Source of the DNA: an uncultured virus (IMG/VR IMGVR_UViG_3300013947_000029)
Taxonomy: Duplodnaviria; Heunggongvirae; Uroviricota; Caudoviricetes; Crassvirales
DNA: 64,000 bases
Virus record (IMG/VR): IMGVR_UViG_3300013947_000029
Reading direction: 5' to 3' (one strand)
The notes under the pieces were generated by a model. It made no database searches. It was not told the origin of the DNA and was given only the letters and a program-made list of their open reading frames with translations. A program made the position numbers and the translations under genes. The first letter of the stretch is position 1; the number at the start of each line of letters is the position of its first letter. Below, piece by piece: positions 1 through 8,671 of this stretch.

Positions 1-73
1 AGCTGCTTCTACAGGTATGGTAGGTGCTGGTACTGCACCCTTCTATTTGGTATTTGCAGAGGATTATTTCGCT
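1..73 (+). CDS. MCP exon 1 (partial; frame from position 2: AASTGMVGAGTAPFYLVFAEDYFA)
   Basis: Not in the ORF track. Open frame ends in U73, which pairs with intron guide GGCG to give a U.G splice-site pair. Confidence 0.88.
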
Positions 74-3000
74 AAATACTTTGGCGCATTATAATGTAAG
101 TTATAATTGAAAATTGGGCAAAAACGGTGAAAGCTGAAATGCTAATACCGTGCTAATTTATAATGTAATAATTATAAATAGTGTAGAGAGTAGAGATTGA
201 AACTATGCGAGGGTTTATTTATATTATAAAAAATGATATTAATTCAAAAGTTTACATAGGACAGACCACAAGAGCTTTAAAAGATAGATGGAAAGAACAT
301 TTAAGGACTAAATGCTCCAAGAATGAAAACAGTATGCTTATAAAAAAGGCTATCCATAAATATGGCTCTTCTCATTTTAGGATAGAGTTATTAGAAGTTT
401 GTAATAAAGCTTCATTAAATGAAAGAGAGATGTATTACATACATCTATATAATTCATATCATCAAGGGTATAATAGAACTTTAGGAGGACAATCTGGTTC
501 TAAACCTATAAAACTTAAGAATAAACAAAATGAAATTGTTGAACTATATCAGTATGGTTTTTCAATTAAGTATTTAGCTCAAGAATATAATGTAGATAAA
601 GCTACTATTAAACATGTGTTATTAATTAATAATGTGACTATTAGAGATATTCGTTCTGTAAAATATTCTACAGAGGAGCGACAAGCTATATTAGAAGACA
701 CTAAGTTATTACCTAGAAATATAGTTATGAAAAAATGGAATATCTCAGCTAGTTATCTGTCACAACTTATAAATAACAAGCGTAGAATATAACATCTCCA
801 AGAGTGTCCAACACCCTTGATATAGGGTGAAAATGTACTCCGAACTATAGAGAATAAAATCTATAGAATTAAAGGATAAAGAGCCTTTAAGTTAACATAT
901 GAAAGGAGAGGTAATTTTTGGTAATCTAAATCAAGTATATCCTATTAGAATATTGGATGATGCAAGGCTTGAAGGAAGTAATGTGGTTTATCGGGTAGAG
1001 CTTATGGGTGGAAACCAAGCTGGTATACCTGTAGATAGACTGCAAGCTGGTGAAAGATTCTCTGTAGGATTTGCTCCTGTAGAAAGAGAGCTGTCAAGAA
1101 AAGTAGGAAGTGTAAGATTTAATACACCAGTATCTATGCGCAATGAATGGACTACTATTAGAATACATGCCAAAGTTACAGGTGCTATGCTTAATAGAAA
1201 ATTGGCTGTAGGTATTCCTATGAAGGATGAAAATACAGGTAAGACATTTATTGCTAATAAGTGGATAAACATAGTGTGTTCACTTGCAGCGTAAGTTGCA
1301 AAAAATAAATTCCTCTAATTGCTGGAAACTCCTGTTAGAGTATTTATACTACAAGTAAAAACAAAATAGTACATTAAATGTAAGGAATTATGACCAATGT
1401 AGAAATTGTAAAAAATATAAAGGGTTTTGAAGGAAGATATACAATATCTAATCTAGGTATTGTAAGAAGTTTACTTACTAATAAAGTAATGAAACTTAGC
1501 ATAACTTCTAAAGGTTATGCTAGAGTAAATCTTCGATATGCACATAGTAGAAAATTTAAGGCTTTCTTAGTACATAGATTAGTAGCAGGTAATTTTATTC
1601 CTAATCCTAATCATTATAAGGAATTAAATCATAAAGACTGTAATAGATTAAATAATAATGTCTCTAATTTAGAGTGGTGTGATAGAAGCTATAATGTGAA
1701 ATATTCATATTCAAAAGGCAAAGCTTCAAATAAAGGAGAAAAGAATCCAAATGCTAAGCTAAATTCTAAAGATGTTATGATTATAAAAGCTATGCTAAAA
1801 TCTAGAAAATATAGTCAAACTTATATAGCAAAGCTTTTTAAGGTACATCCTAATACAATTGGAATGATTAATACCAAAAATACTTGGAGTGATAATTAAA
1901 TACTAGGGACAATCAGCAGCTAAGACTTATTGTGAAATAAGTAAAGTTCAACGACTAGTAAGTCCTCTTAATGAGGCATAAGCCTAAGTAGGCTGAAATG
2001 GGGAACCCCTTTTAGGGTGAAGATATAGTCTAATCTTAATGGAAACATTAAGCTGGAAACAGGATTAATAGTAACGACATTAATTAAATAGTATAGTAAT
2101 ATACAATGGCACTATATGGATTGGGTATTGGAGCAGCAATGGGAAGACTACAAGAATCTTGCAATGGCTTGGGGTACTTCAAACCGTAATGCTAATGGCC
2201 AATACCTTAACTTTGGTGATTCAGGAGAAGCTATCAGGATGGGTAGTGGTCTTTTTGAACAAATGGAAGTTGCTGGTACTCAATATTATACAAACTTCTC
2301 ATTGAAAATGATTGAGAATGCTCTTACAGAACTTGTGGCTAATTCTAACCTCCCTATGAAGGATAGAATATTTGTACTTAGAACAGGTCTTAGAGGAGCT
2401 ACTCAATTTAGTAAAGCAGTGGGTGATACTGTGTCAGGGTGGACTCAATTTACAGTAAACGCAGATAACTTAGGCATTGTGCAGAAGACAAATAATGTAA
2501 TACATCCTAATGCTCTTGCAGCAGGTTATCAATTTACTGAATTTAGAGCACCTAATGGTATAATCATTAAAGTTGAAGTCGACAATTTTTATGACGACCC
2601 TGTAAGCAATAAGATGCAGCATCCTCTCGGAGGTCCTGCAAGTTCATATAGATATGACATTATGGAGATTGGTACTCCAGACCAGCCTAAATTATATTGG
2701 GCCTCATAGAGGTAACTCTATGATAAACTTTGAGCAAAAACGGTGAAATCTTCCAAGAATATTTGGGATAATAGCAGAAAAGTTTTGTACATTTGTACTT
2801 AAAATACAAGTACTATGTATAAAGAAATAGCAGGTTATAATGGTAGATATACCATAGATGATAAAGGTAATATTTATAGTAAAAACAGACTGATGAAACC
2901 TTTTAAAATAAACAGTGGCTATTTAGTTATTAAATTAACAAATAAGGGGAAATCCAAACATTATTTAATACACAGATTAGTTGCTGAATATTTTATAGGT

Positions 3001-4580
3001 AAACAAGAAGGTTTCGTAGTAGACCATATTGATGGTAATAGACTTAACAATAAAGTGGAGAATTTGAGGTATTGTACTCAAAAGGAAAATCTTTATTTTA
3101 AAGGCTTTGAGCATCATTCTGGAATAAATCACTATAACTCTGTTTTTACTATAGAAGATATTAAATACATTAGAGAATGTAGAGAAAAGAAAGGTATGAG
3201 AAATAGAGATATTTATTCTTTATATCCTAATGTATCACATACTGCTATAGACCAGGTATTAAACTATAAAAGTTATAGATAACACCGTGCTAACTTAATA
3301 TTTAACATTATTAAGTAGTGTAGAGAGTAGGACTTGAAACTATTAATAGAATATAATAGTCCCACGAGTGTTCAACATCTGTACAATATAGTACAGATGA
3401 AAATGTACTCCGAACTATAGTGATGGCAAAACTATAGAGTATCAAGATAAAGAGCTTGGTAGATAACATTATTTGAATATAATAAAGTGTGAGATTGAAG
3501 GACAACCTGAGTATAGAGGTATTCAAGCTGGTATGAGGAATCCTTTTACAGGAGCTATGGAAAATAACTTTATGAGTACTGACGAGGATAAACAATTAAT
3601 GTCCCTTAGTATAGAAATATACTAAAGCAAACAGGGCAAAAACGGTAAAAATCTATTTGAAATATTAAGTAATATATTCTATATACATGAGTAGTTTAGA
3701 TTATAAATATATAAAAGGTTATAATAATAAATATTATATCACTAGAGATGGTAAAGTATATATCTCTAATTATAGAAATACAGGTAAGCCTAAAGAAATG
3801 AAACCTAGAATAATAGCTGGATATTTAGCTTTAGGATTGGAAGGAAATACTGTAGAAGGTATTAGGAATCAAAAGATACATAAAATACATAGACTTATAG
3901 CAGAAGCTTTTGTTCCAAATCCAGAAAATAAGCCTTGTATTAATCATATTAATGGTAATAAATTAGATAATAGAGTTGAAAATTTAGAGTGGGTTACTAT
4001 AGAAGAAAATACTAGACATGCCTATGCTAATAAACTAGCACAATATTGGTGGACTAAAGAGCTAGGAATTGTATGTATAAACTTAATAGAAAATTACAAA
4101 TATAACTTTGCAGATGTTGCAAGATTATATAAGCTAAGTTCTAGACAAAATATCTGTTGGTTTTGGAAAAGTGGTTATAAAACTTTTAATCTAAAGCATT
4201 CTAACCCTTTTATTCCAAAACATAGTAAGAAGTTACCAATATCAGAGGAATATAAAAAATATATATTAAAGTTACTTGAAGACAATACCGTGCTAAATAA
4301 TCTTTCTAAAAGAAGATTATCAGTGTAACGAGTAGTAGCTGAACCCCTTTTAACTAAGGGAATATAATGTTACCACGAGTGTCCTGCACCTTAATTATAA
4401 ACATAAAAGGTGATAATATACTCTAAACTTATAGGATAATAAACTATAAGAGCTACAGATAAAGAGCTGTAGGATAATTACAATTTGAGTGCAACTATTC
4501 ATAAAATGGCTACATTTGGTGTAGCAGTTCTTGACCCAACAAGAACTATGTCCTTTATACCGTCTATATTACAAGGTTAA
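1..4580 (+). CDS. Major capsid protein (crAss-type), 5'-partial, split into five exons: join(<1..73,902..1266,2109..2688,3476..3589,4488..4580)
   Basis: From position 2 the exons total 1224 nt (407 codons + TAA). The junctions read LVFAEDYFA|KGEVIFG, ANKW(M)|HYMDW, GTPDQP|NIIKCEI and MSTDED|SATIHKMATFGVAVLDPTRTMSFIPSILQG*. This matches crAss-like MCP motifs as I recall them (not database-searched). Confidence 0.93.
74..901 (+). mobile_element. Group I self-splicing intron 1 (828 nt) with GIY-YIG endonuclease gene
   Basis: P1 cgcU/Ggcg; P10 cttt/aaag; P3 ttgggca/tgtccaa; P4 aacggt/ataccgt; R-like gtgtagagagtag (181-193); S-like aaaatgtactcc (830-841); terminal G901; phase-0 frame restoration. 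Confidence 0.92.
205..792 (+). CDS. Intron-encoded GIY-YIG homing endonuclease
   Basis: GFIY..KVYIGQT, DRWKEH, LNEREMYYI and GYN motifs, followed by HTH-like C-terminal segments. Confidence 0.93.
   Translation: MRGFIYIIKNDINSKVYIGQTTRALKDRWKEHLRTKCSKNENSMLIKKAIHKYGSSHFRIELLEVCNKASLNEREMYYIHLYNSYHQGYNRTLGGQSGSKPIKLKNKQNEIVELYQYGFSIKYLAQEYNVDKATIKHVLLINNVTIRDIRSVKYSTEERQAILEDTKLLPRNIVMKKWNISASYLSQLINNKRRI
902..1266 (+). CDS. MCP exon 2
   Basis: Corresponds to ORF 899..1294 without its intron-derived ends (KGEVIFGNLNQVYP...ANKW + AT). Confidence 0.9.
1267..2108 (+). mobile_element. Group I self-splicing intron 2 (842 nt; canonical IA-like core) with NUMOD4-HNH gene
   Basis: P aattgctggaaac (1317-1329), Q aatcagcagc (1911-1920), R gttcaacgactag (1946-1958), S aagatatagtct (2020-2031). 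P1 gtggaU/Gttcac; P10 atagtgt/gcactat; terminal G2108. Splicing forms the codon AT|G. Confidence 0.94.
1390..1899 (+). CDS. Intron-encoded NUMOD4/HNH homing endonuclease
   Basis: IKGFEGRYTISNLG (NUMOD4); VHRLVA..F..NHKDCNRLNNNVSNLEW (HNH_3); GEKNPNAKL + HTH. Confidence 0.93.
   Translation: MTNVEIVKNIKGFEGRYTISNLGIVRSLLTNKVMKLSITSKGYARVNLRYAHSRKFKAFLVHRLVAGNFIPNPNHYKELNHKDCNRLNNNVSNLEWCDRSYNVKYSYSKGKASNKGEKNPNAKLNSKDVMIIKAMLKSRKYSQTYIAKLFKVHPNTIGMINTKNTWSDN
2109..2688 (+). CDS. MCP exon 3
   Basis: G + HYMDWVLEQQW...AWGTSNRN...YDDPV...GTPDQP; overlaps ORF 2116..2709. Confidence 0.9.
2689..3475 (+). mobile_element. Group I self-splicing intron 3 (787 nt) with NUMOD4-HNH gene
   Basis: P1 gccU/Gggc; P10 ttatatt/aatataa; P3 ttgagca/tgttcaa; R gtgtagagagtag (3318-3330); S aaaatgtactcc (3400-3411); terminal G3475. 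Confidence 0.92.
2815..3282 (+). CDS. Intron-encoded NUMOD4/HNH homing endonuclease
   Basis: IAGYNGRYTI; IHRLVAEYF..VDHIDGNRLNNKVENLRY. Confidence 0.93.
   Translation: MYKEIAGYNGRYTIDDKGNIYSKNRLMKPFKINSGYLVIKLTNKGKSKHYLIHRLVAEYFIGKQEGFVVDHIDGNRLNNKVENLRYCTQKENLYFKGFEHHSGINHYNSVFTIEDIKYIRECREKKGMRNRDIYSLYPNVSHTAIDQVLNYKSYR
3476..3589 (+). CDS. MCP exon 4 (38 codons)
   Basis: NIIKCEIEGQPEYRGIQAGMRNPFTGAMENNFMSTDED; absent from the ORF track; bounded by G3475 and U3589. Confidence 0.9.
3590..4487 (+). mobile_element. Group I self-splicing intron 4 (898 nt) with HNH gene
   Basis: P1 ggaU/Gtcc; P3 cagggca/tgtcctg; Q aataccgtgc (4284-4293); R gtgtaacgagtag (4323-4335); S ataatatactct (4413-4424); terminal G4487. 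P10 is weak. Confidence 0.9.
3687..4328 (+). CDS. Intron-encoded NUMOD4/HNH homing endonuclease
   Basis: IKGYNNKYYI; IHRLIAEAFVPNPENKPCINHINGNKLDNRVENLEW. Confidence 0.93.
   Translation: MSSLDYKYIKGYNNKYYITRDGKVYISNYRNTGKPKEMKPRIIAGYLALGLEGNTVEGIRNQKIHKIHRLIAEAFVPNPENKPCINHINGNKLDNRVENLEWVTIEENTRHAYANKLAQYWWTKELGIVCINLIENYKYNFADVARLYKLSSRQNICWFWKSGYKTFNLKHSNPFIPKHSKKLPISEEYKKYILKLLEDNTVLNNLSKRRLSV
4488..4580 (+). CDS. MCP exon 5 (C-terminal 30 aa + TAA)
   Basis: SATIHKMATFGVAVLDPTRTMSFIPSILQG*; absent from the ORF track; followed by a terminator. Confidence 0.9.
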   Translation, partial: SATIHKMATFGVAVLDPTRTMSFIPSILQG

Positions 4581-4600
4581 TAGGACTATAAAATATAAGT

Positions 4601-4631
4601 AAAAAGGGGAGGAAGAATCCTCTCCTTTTTT
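4601..4631 (+). terminator. Intrinsic terminator after MCP
   Basis: Stem aaaaaggggagga / tcctctccttttt with U-tract. Confidence 0.8.
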
Positions 4632-4654
4632 AAATATAAAAAGATAATATAAAT

Positions 4655-5629
4655 ATGGCAAAGGAAGAGATAGAAGGAGTACTTAATAGTACTGAAAATA
4701 GTGAAACAGAAATGCCTAAAACAGGCAAAAGAGGTAGAAAAGCAACAGTTGAAGAAGAGGAACGCCCTTTAATAAACTGTCTTAGGAATGAAAGAGTAAT
4801 AGTAAGACATATTAATAAACCTAATAGCAGAATTACTAATCCAAAGCATGTGCTATATGGAGGTATGGCAGAAGGTGCAAAGAGGATTTTCTGTGTTCCT
4901 ATGTTATCTTCAGGAAGATACGTTAATGTGCTTACAGATGATGAAAAGAAGTTTCTTGAAAATATAATGGGACTTGAGCCTAATGCTCTTAGTATCTATA
5001 GAAAGGTAGACAACTTCTGGGATGATAGTAATAGTACAGGTATATCAAAAGTAGTACTTGGTAAACAAGATAATTATCTTGATTTAAGTACTCCAGAAGA
5101 TTATATCAAATATAAAATATTACTTGCTAATAAAGAGTATATAGCACCTTCCTTAGAGGAGCTTGAAAATATGCATAAAGCTACTTATCAATTTGTTATA
5201 ATCACAGAAAGTTCTGAGTCTAAGATGGCACAAGATAATATGTCTGTTACTATGAAATGTTATACTATGTATGGTAAACTTGAAGATAATATAGGAGCAT
5301 TAAGACATATTGTAGAAACTCTTACAGGTAATAGATTTTCATCTGTTACAAAAAAAGAGTTTCTTCAAACTAAGATTAATGAACTTATTCAAGCTAATCC
5401 AAAAACATTCCTCAAAGTAGCAACTGACCCAATGCTTAATACCAAAGTATTGATTAAAAAATGTGTTGAAGCAGGTCTTATAGCACAAAGAGGTAATCAG
5501 TACTATATTAGAGAAGGTAATGTGCCTATGTGTGATAATGGTGACCCTACATTAAATGTAGCTGCACAATGGCTTAATTTACCAAAGAATCAAACAATAA
5601 AACTTAGTTTAGAAGCTAAGTTACAATAA
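4655..5629 (+). CDS. Conserved crAss-like protein following MCP (function unknown)
   Basis: 324-aa ORF in the syntenic position between MCP and the ring proteins. Confidence 0.7.
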   Translation: MAKEEIEGVLNSTENSETEMPKTGKRGRKATVEEEERPLINCLRNERVIVRHINKPNSRITNPKHVLYGGMAEGAKRIFCVPMLSSGRYVNVLTDDEKKFLENIMGLEPNALSIYRKVDNFWDDSNSTGISKVVLGKQDNYLDLSTPEDYIKYKILLANKEYIAPSLEELENMHKATYQFVIITESSESKMAQDNMSVTMKCYTMYGKLEDNIGALRHIVETLTGNRFSSVTKKEFLQTKINELIQANPKTFLKVATDPMLNTKVLIKKCVEAGLIAQRGNQYYIREGNVPMCDNGDPTLNVAAQWLNLPKNQTIKLSLEAKLQ

Positions 5630-5652
5630 TATATTAATTACTTAATAAGCCC

Positions 5653-6909
5653 ATGACTAATTTAGAGTTTAGTAATGAATTTGATGTACTATATAATAGT
5701 ATAACCAGTAACCAAGCTCCTGGGCTTGATGAATATGAAAAGAGTGTCTTTTTAACTAAGGCACAATCTGAAATACTTAGAGAATATTTCAATCCTAGAA
5801 TTGATGCTGCTAATGGTGGATTTGATGGTAGTCAAAAAAGACAATATGACTTCTCTACTTTAATAAGAACAGCAAATCTTTTTAATGTAAACAGCATTAA
5901 AGAAAGAATAACTGATATAGAGAAAATAGACAGAAGAAGTCTTGTATTTCTTTTTCCTCAAGATTACTTTTTAAGTGTTAATGAGGTAGTATATGATGGT
6001 AATAAAGCTTTCTCAGTATTACCAATAAGTTATGATACTTATCAAAGACTCATGTTAAAGCCTTATACTATGCCTGTAAAAAAAGGAGTATGGAGATTAT
6101 TCACTGACAAGAAAAATTGTAACTTTGTGCAGGAATATGTAGACAATAGTCAGACAGATTATAAGATGCTTACAACATGGGCAGACCAAAAGAGAAACCT
6201 TAAAATTAAAATAAGGCATATAGGCAATGTACCAGCTGAAGAAGTAAAAGAAACATTTACTGTATCAAATAATACTATGTGGTACAAAGATACCTATAAG
6301 GGTAACGAAGAAGCTTTTATTAATACTACAAGCAAACTAACTGCTAATTGTGAATGGAATGAAGATTTTCTTACTTACAATATATATCTTAATTTTGCAA
6401 GTTCACTGGAACTTGATGATGAGGAGGTAATACAGTCTATAAGAAATGGTTTTGACCAACTAAAAGCTTATAGAGGAGATGATTGGGAAATTAGAAATGG
6501 AGATTTAGAGAAAGCAGCTAAAAGACTCGACAATCTTCACCAAGCTGAAGCTCCTAGTAAGTTTGAAAACTTTAGTACTAAAGATACATCTAATCCTGTA
6601 GAAGTAATAGGTAAAACCTTTACTACAGAAGTAATACAGCTGCCTATAGCAGAAGTAATAGGTAGAATAAGTAAAGATGCTTCTTATCAACTTAGGTATG
6701 TAAAGAAGCCTACTCCTATTATTCTTACAGACTTTACAGGAGATGAAGTGTCTATTGAAGGAATGCAAAAAGAAACTCAGTGTGAGCTTCCTACACAGCT
6801 ACATCAAGAAATCCTTGAAAGGGCTGTAACACTAGCTAAGATAGCTTATCAAGCAGGAGCTACTGCTACTATGGCAAGACAAGCTAATAACAATAATCAA
6901 CAGCAGTAA
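5653..6909 (+). CDS. Tail ring protein (crAss ring family) with internal insertion
   Basis: MTxxEFSNEFDVLxN..LDEYEKSVxLTxAQ N-terminus and KPxPIILxD..LH..ILERAV C-terminus, both shared with the next gene. Confidence 0.75.
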   Translation: MTNLEFSNEFDVLYNSITSNQAPGLDEYEKSVFLTKAQSEILREYFNPRIDAANGGFDGSQKRQYDFSTLIRTANLFNVNSIKERITDIEKIDRRSLVFLFPQDYFLSVNEVVYDGNKAFSVLPISYDTYQRLMLKPYTMPVKKGVWRLFTDKKNCNFVQEYVDNSQTDYKMLTTWADQKRNLKIKIRHIGNVPAEEVKETFTVSNNTMWYKDTYKGNEEAFINTTSKLTANCEWNEDFLTYNIYLNFASSLELDDEEVIQSIRNGFDQLKAYRGDDWEIRNGDLEKAAKRLDNLHQAEAPSKFENFSTKDTSNPVEVIGKTFTTEVIQLPIAEVIGRISKDASYQLRYVKKPTPIILTDFTGDEVSIEGMQKETQCELPTQLHQEILERAVTLAKIAYQAGATATMARQANNNNQQQ

Positions 6910-6911
6910 TT

Positions 6912-7613
6912 ATGACTATAGAGGAGTTTAGCAATGAGTTTGATGTTCTGCTTAATAGCTATATAGTAAATCTTCCTTTAGGAACTGATAAAACTATTAG
7001 AGAACTAGATGAATATGAAAAATCTGTACTACTTACAGCAGCCCAAGAAGCTGTAGTTAATGACCTTTATAATGGCAGACTTACAGGAGAAGGATTTGAA
7101 AGTACTGAAGAACAAAGAAGGTATCTTGAAAATCTTATAAAAACTGTAGAACCTGAAGTAGTAGATACTGAATTGCCACATATCTCAGAATACTCAGTGT
7201 TTTATAAAACTCCTGAGGATTTATGGTATATTACTTATGAAGTTGCTACATTAAAGGATGAAAATATTAATTGTGGTGTAGATATAGCTGTAGAAGTAGT
7301 TCCTGTAAAACAGGATGAATATCATAAAATAAAAAATAATCCTTTTAGGGGAGCTTCTGATAAAAGAGTATTGAGAGTAGATACAGGAAGCTCTATATTA
7401 GAGATTGTCTCCAAGTATAAAATAATAAGGTACTTTATAAAGTACATTAGTAAACCTAAACCAATAATTCTTGTAGATATAACCAATGATGGTTTGTCTA
7501 TAAATAATGAAACTAAACCAATGACATGTATGCTGAATACAGCATTACATAGATTAATCCTTGAGAGGGCTGTTTCCATTGCTATTAAGAGGCTTCCTCA
7601 AGGTAATGTTTAA
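6912..7613 (+). CDS. Tail ring protein (paralogue of 5653..6909)
   Basis: Same N- and C-terminal motifs; NPF motif; synteny. Confidence 0.75.
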   Translation: MTIEEFSNEFDVLLNSYIVNLPLGTDKTIRELDEYEKSVLLTAAQEAVVNDLYNGRLTGEGFESTEEQRRYLENLIKTVEPEVVDTELPHISEYSVFYKTPEDLWYITYEVATLKDENINCGVDIAVEVVPVKQDEYHKIKNNPFRGASDKRVLRVDTGSSILEIVSKYKIIRYFIKYISKPKPIILVDITNDGLSINNETKPMTCMLNTALHRLILERAVSIAIKRLPQGNV

Positions 7614-7631
7614 CTTAAATCAAAATAAACA

Positions 7632-8612
7632 ATGGCATTTTTTTCTGTAAATCAGAACAGGCAATTTTATGTTGCCACTAAGTTAGCAACTGCTACACCT
7701 GCTACAAAAGGTGAAATTAAATTAGGTAATGATGCTGACAAATCTCACATGTACTTTCAATACATGGGAGTAGATGGTCTTGAAAGAACAGACCTTATTG
7801 ATGTAAATAAAGTAATGTATGCTAAGTTTACTAAGGCTGCTGACATGGCTAAGAAACTTAAGACAGCTACTGTTACTTTGAAAGGTGATATTAATGGGGG
7901 TGCTCCTATTTCTGGTCAAGATTATATATTGAATATTAATATTCAAGGTTATGTGGGTAAATCTGATGCTAATCAGCTTACTAAGTTTGGTGCAGTACAT
8001 GCATTCAAGAGTACTGATGCTTCAACTTTCTACAAAGAGATGGCTATATCTCTTGCTAATAACTTTAGTAGAGAAATAGTACCTTTGTTTAAATTCTATA
8101 TTAAGACTGCTAAATCTCAAGTAGAAGTTAAAGCAGGAACTAAAGTAGAAGCTCTTACTGATGCTGCTACAGGGCTTATTATAGAAGAGGCTGTGCAACC
8201 TTGGAAACTTGGTTCTGCTGCCTTTACTGGGGTATTGTTTGATGTATATCCTACTACTGTACAGTATGAAGGTGATGAAGTACAGTGGGGTGAGGTAGTA
8301 AAGGGAGAATCTGCTACTACTATAGGTAATGGTAAAAAAATTGCAGAACTTGAATACTTCTGTATGGGTGAACGAGGAGACCAATATAGAGGTGTTGAAG
8401 GTCCTAAATATGCTATCCCTGTAGAATATAGTGTTGACCCATCTAAGACCTATAATCTGTTGGACATACATTATTACTTCTTAGGTTCTGGCATTGATGC
8501 TGTAAAGTCTGAGAAAGACCTTACAATAGCTTTTGAATCTTCTGTAGATGTAGCCACTTTGGTTACAGCATTGGGAGACCTGGGTATTACTGTAACAGAC
8601 CCTAACGCTTAA
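7632..8612 (+). CDS. Probable auxiliary capsid protein
   Basis: N-terminus FSVNQNRQFYVA; IAELEYFCMGERGD; Ala/Thr/Gly-rich; followed by a terminator; synteny with crAss001. Confidence 0.65.
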   Translation: MAFFSVNQNRQFYVATKLATATPATKGEIKLGNDADKSHMYFQYMGVDGLERTDLIDVNKVMYAKFTKAADMAKKLKTATVTLKGDINGGAPISGQDYILNINIQGYVGKSDANQLTKFGAVHAFKSTDASTFYKEMAISLANNFSREIVPLFKFYIKTAKSQVEVKAGTKVEALTDAATGLIIEEAVQPWKLGSAAFTGVLFDVYPTTVQYEGDEVQWGEVVKGESATTIGNGKKIAELEYFCMGERGDQYRGVEGPKYAIPVEYSVDPSKTYNLLDIHYYFLGSGIDAVKSEKDLTIAFESSVDVATLVTALGDLGITVTDPNA

Positions 8613-8631
8613 TAATAAAATATAATAATAT

Positions 8632-8662
8632 AAGGGAAGGGTAATACCTTCCCTTTATTTTT
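8632..8662 (+). terminator. Intrinsic terminator
   Basis: aagggaagg-gtaata-ccttccctt followed by tattttt. Confidence 0.8.
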
Positions 8663-8671
8663 CTATACACT

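Noticed and set aside
899..2709. ORFs 899..1294 and 2116..2709 as independent genes or pseudogene fragments
   Set aside because: They are MCP exons. Their tails (NIVCSLAA, KLYWAS) and the ATG at 899 are intron-derived.
113..4470. Recurring short motifs as a CRISPR array or repeat family
   Set aside because: They are conserved intron core elements with irregular, kb-scale spacing.
74..4487. Inteins, group II introns or IS elements
   Set aside because: The insertions contain stop codons, there is no RT or transposase and no terminal repeats, and group I cores are evident.
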